Positions 62,749-64,000 of a DNA stretch of 64,000 bases are shown here, piece by piece. The position numbers were made by a program, and so were the translations under genes. The notes under the pieces are model-generated. The model worked only from the letters and a program-made list of their open reading frames with translations. It was not told the DNA's origin and did not search any database. The stretch comes from an uncultured bacterium (GTDB lineage: Bacteria; Verrucomicrobiota; Verrucomicrobiia; Limisphaerales; UBA8199), in contig CAVVMW010000006.1 of NCBI GenBank assembly GCA_963749495.1, forward strand, positions 1,088,001-1,152,000. Direction: 5' to 3'. Every line of letters starts with the position of its first letter. The stretch's first letter is position 1.

Positions 62749-62978
62749 GTGGAACCTCCGGGCGCGGCGCCCCTGGCGGAAAGGGCTTGCGGCAGGCCGC
62801 ACGAGGCGAACCGGGCGCAGCCGCCGCAGAGACCGCGGCCGGCGCAGTCCGCGCCCGCAGGACCCCGCCTCCGCGCCGCCAGACTGGTGGCGGCGGCCAA
62901 CAGGGCCAGCAGCCCGCCGCGGGCAACGGCGCGTAGAAACTCACGCCGGTTCTCGGGCCTTTGCGGAAGAGCGCGCAT
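62745..62978 (-). CDS. Small Tat-like protein with four Cys
   Basis: NRREFLR, hydrophobic helix, C-x5-C-x2-C-x5-C; stop overlaps the next ATG (ATGA). Confidence 0.7.
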   Translation of the reverse strand: MRALPQRPENRREFLRAVARGGLLALLAAATSLAARRRGPAGADCAGRGLCGGCARFASCGLPQALSARGAAPGGST

Positions 62979-63308
62979 AACAATGCAATTTATACTGGTT
63001 CGATCTTAGCACAGAGAGCTTGGGCGGCGAACAGAAAAGGGGCTACAGCAGGATTGTCGAATACCAACCCTTTTTTGTCCTGGCGAGAACCGTTTTTGTG
63101 GAATGGAGCCGAGGGGCGAGGGGCGAGGGGACGCAGCGTGGCCGCGCGTCAACCTTGCCGGGATGCGCACCCGTTGACACCCGCCTCTTGGTCCTGGTTG
63201 ACAAGCGGACTGGCGCGGGTAGGCTGGGACCCATGGGCTGGATGGACAACATGTTCTCACTCACCGCGCCGCATTCATAGGCGAGGGCGGCTTTGGAAGG
63301 TAATTCCT

Positions 63309-64000
63309 ATGAAAGGCTTTATGGCAGGCGCCCTGGGACTTGCGCTGAGCGTGTCAGCCGGGGCGGACGTCGTCTTCGAGAATGCCACGACGGATCGTGG
63401 GATTCGCTTTGATCCCGGCACTGCCGAAGTTGGAAACCAGATTTTTCTCACCAGTAGCGGCTACGTCACCAATTTCGCCATCGAGTACTGGGGCACCGGC
63501 CCTGGCGGCAGCCCCACCTTCGCCGGTGCCCTGGTCCAGATGCGTGTGAGGTGGTATCTCAACGACGGGTTGGCCGTCAACGGGTATGCCTCTCCGGGTA
63601 CGCTGGAGTACGACAGCAATTGGAATACTATCATGGCAACCAGCGCCGCCACCCTCAGGTTCACCACGCCCCCTGATTTCCCGCGCGGGTTGGGCAGTTA
63701 CGGGCTGTTCATCCCATCGCGTGAACTGACGGTGACGGTCCAATTCCGCGGCATGGCCTCCGGCAACCAGGCGGGCCTGGAGCTCTTCGGCCCTCCAAGC
63801 ATCGGGAACGAGTACGCCGATTACTGGATGAGGGACAACTCCGCGTGGCAATTGATGGCGGACACCAACGGCCTGGCGATTACCTTCGGCATGGAATTCA
63901 TGAGCGCGATACCTGAGCCTTCGAGCCTTGCGATTTGCCTTGTGGGCGGCGTGGGGCTATTCATGGCCGTTTGGCGACCCCGCAAGGGCCGTGGCTCACC
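63309..64000 (+). CDS. PEP-CTERM sorting domain protein (stop just outside window)
   Basis: My translation: signal peptide MKGFMAGALGLALSVSAGA..; C-terminus IPEPSSLAICLVGGVGLFMAVWRPRKGR. Confidence 0.88.
   Translation, partial: MKGFMAGALGLALSVSAGADVVFENATTDRGIRFDPGTAEVGNQIFLTSSGYVTNFAIEYWGTGPGGSPTFAGALVQMRVRWYLNDGLAVNGYASPGTLEYDSNWNTIMATSAATLRFTTPPDFPRGLGSYGLFIPSRELTVTVQFRGMASGNQAGLELFGPPSIGNEYADYWMRDNSAWQLMADTNGLAITFGMEFMSAIPEPSSLAICLVGGVGLFMAVWRPRKGRGS

Overview
GC-rich bacterial DNA, most likely Verrucomicrobiota/PVC (inferred from the exosortase and PEP-CTERM genes, an H-X9-DG prepilin protein and the repeat families). Coordinates were read by eye and junctions are approximate. 1-8 kb: GH92 mannosidase, a sugar porter and a Tat oxidoreductase, among shredded remnants (GH97, LigD, Ku, DNA methyltransferase, DUF4338, tRNA-Ala 3' half, Rhs). 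8-28.5 kb: a decaying cell-surface polysaccharide region (exosortase/EpsI, galE, glycosyltransferases, a more AT-rich 7-gene cassette, IS1380/IS1634 relics). 28.5-36.2 kb: a mobile-element relic, a prepilin-type gene, and a tyrosine recombinase + IS91-type element sitting inside a REP-like palindrome. 36.3-46 kb: purC, a 6 x ~211 bp REP-doublet array and yajC-secDF-terC. 46.5-63 kb: selA-selB-selD, where SelD carries a Cys-rich N-terminal domain and a C-terminal AhpD/CMD domain. It converges on a 7-gene operon linking a HydBC/Nfn (Bfu/Stn-like) putative electron-bifurcating module to a membrane Fe-S protein, Tat-exported ferredoxin and beta-propeller proteins. This redox/selenium locus is the best candidate for an undescribed system. 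Many single-base frameshifts are probably sequencing errors.
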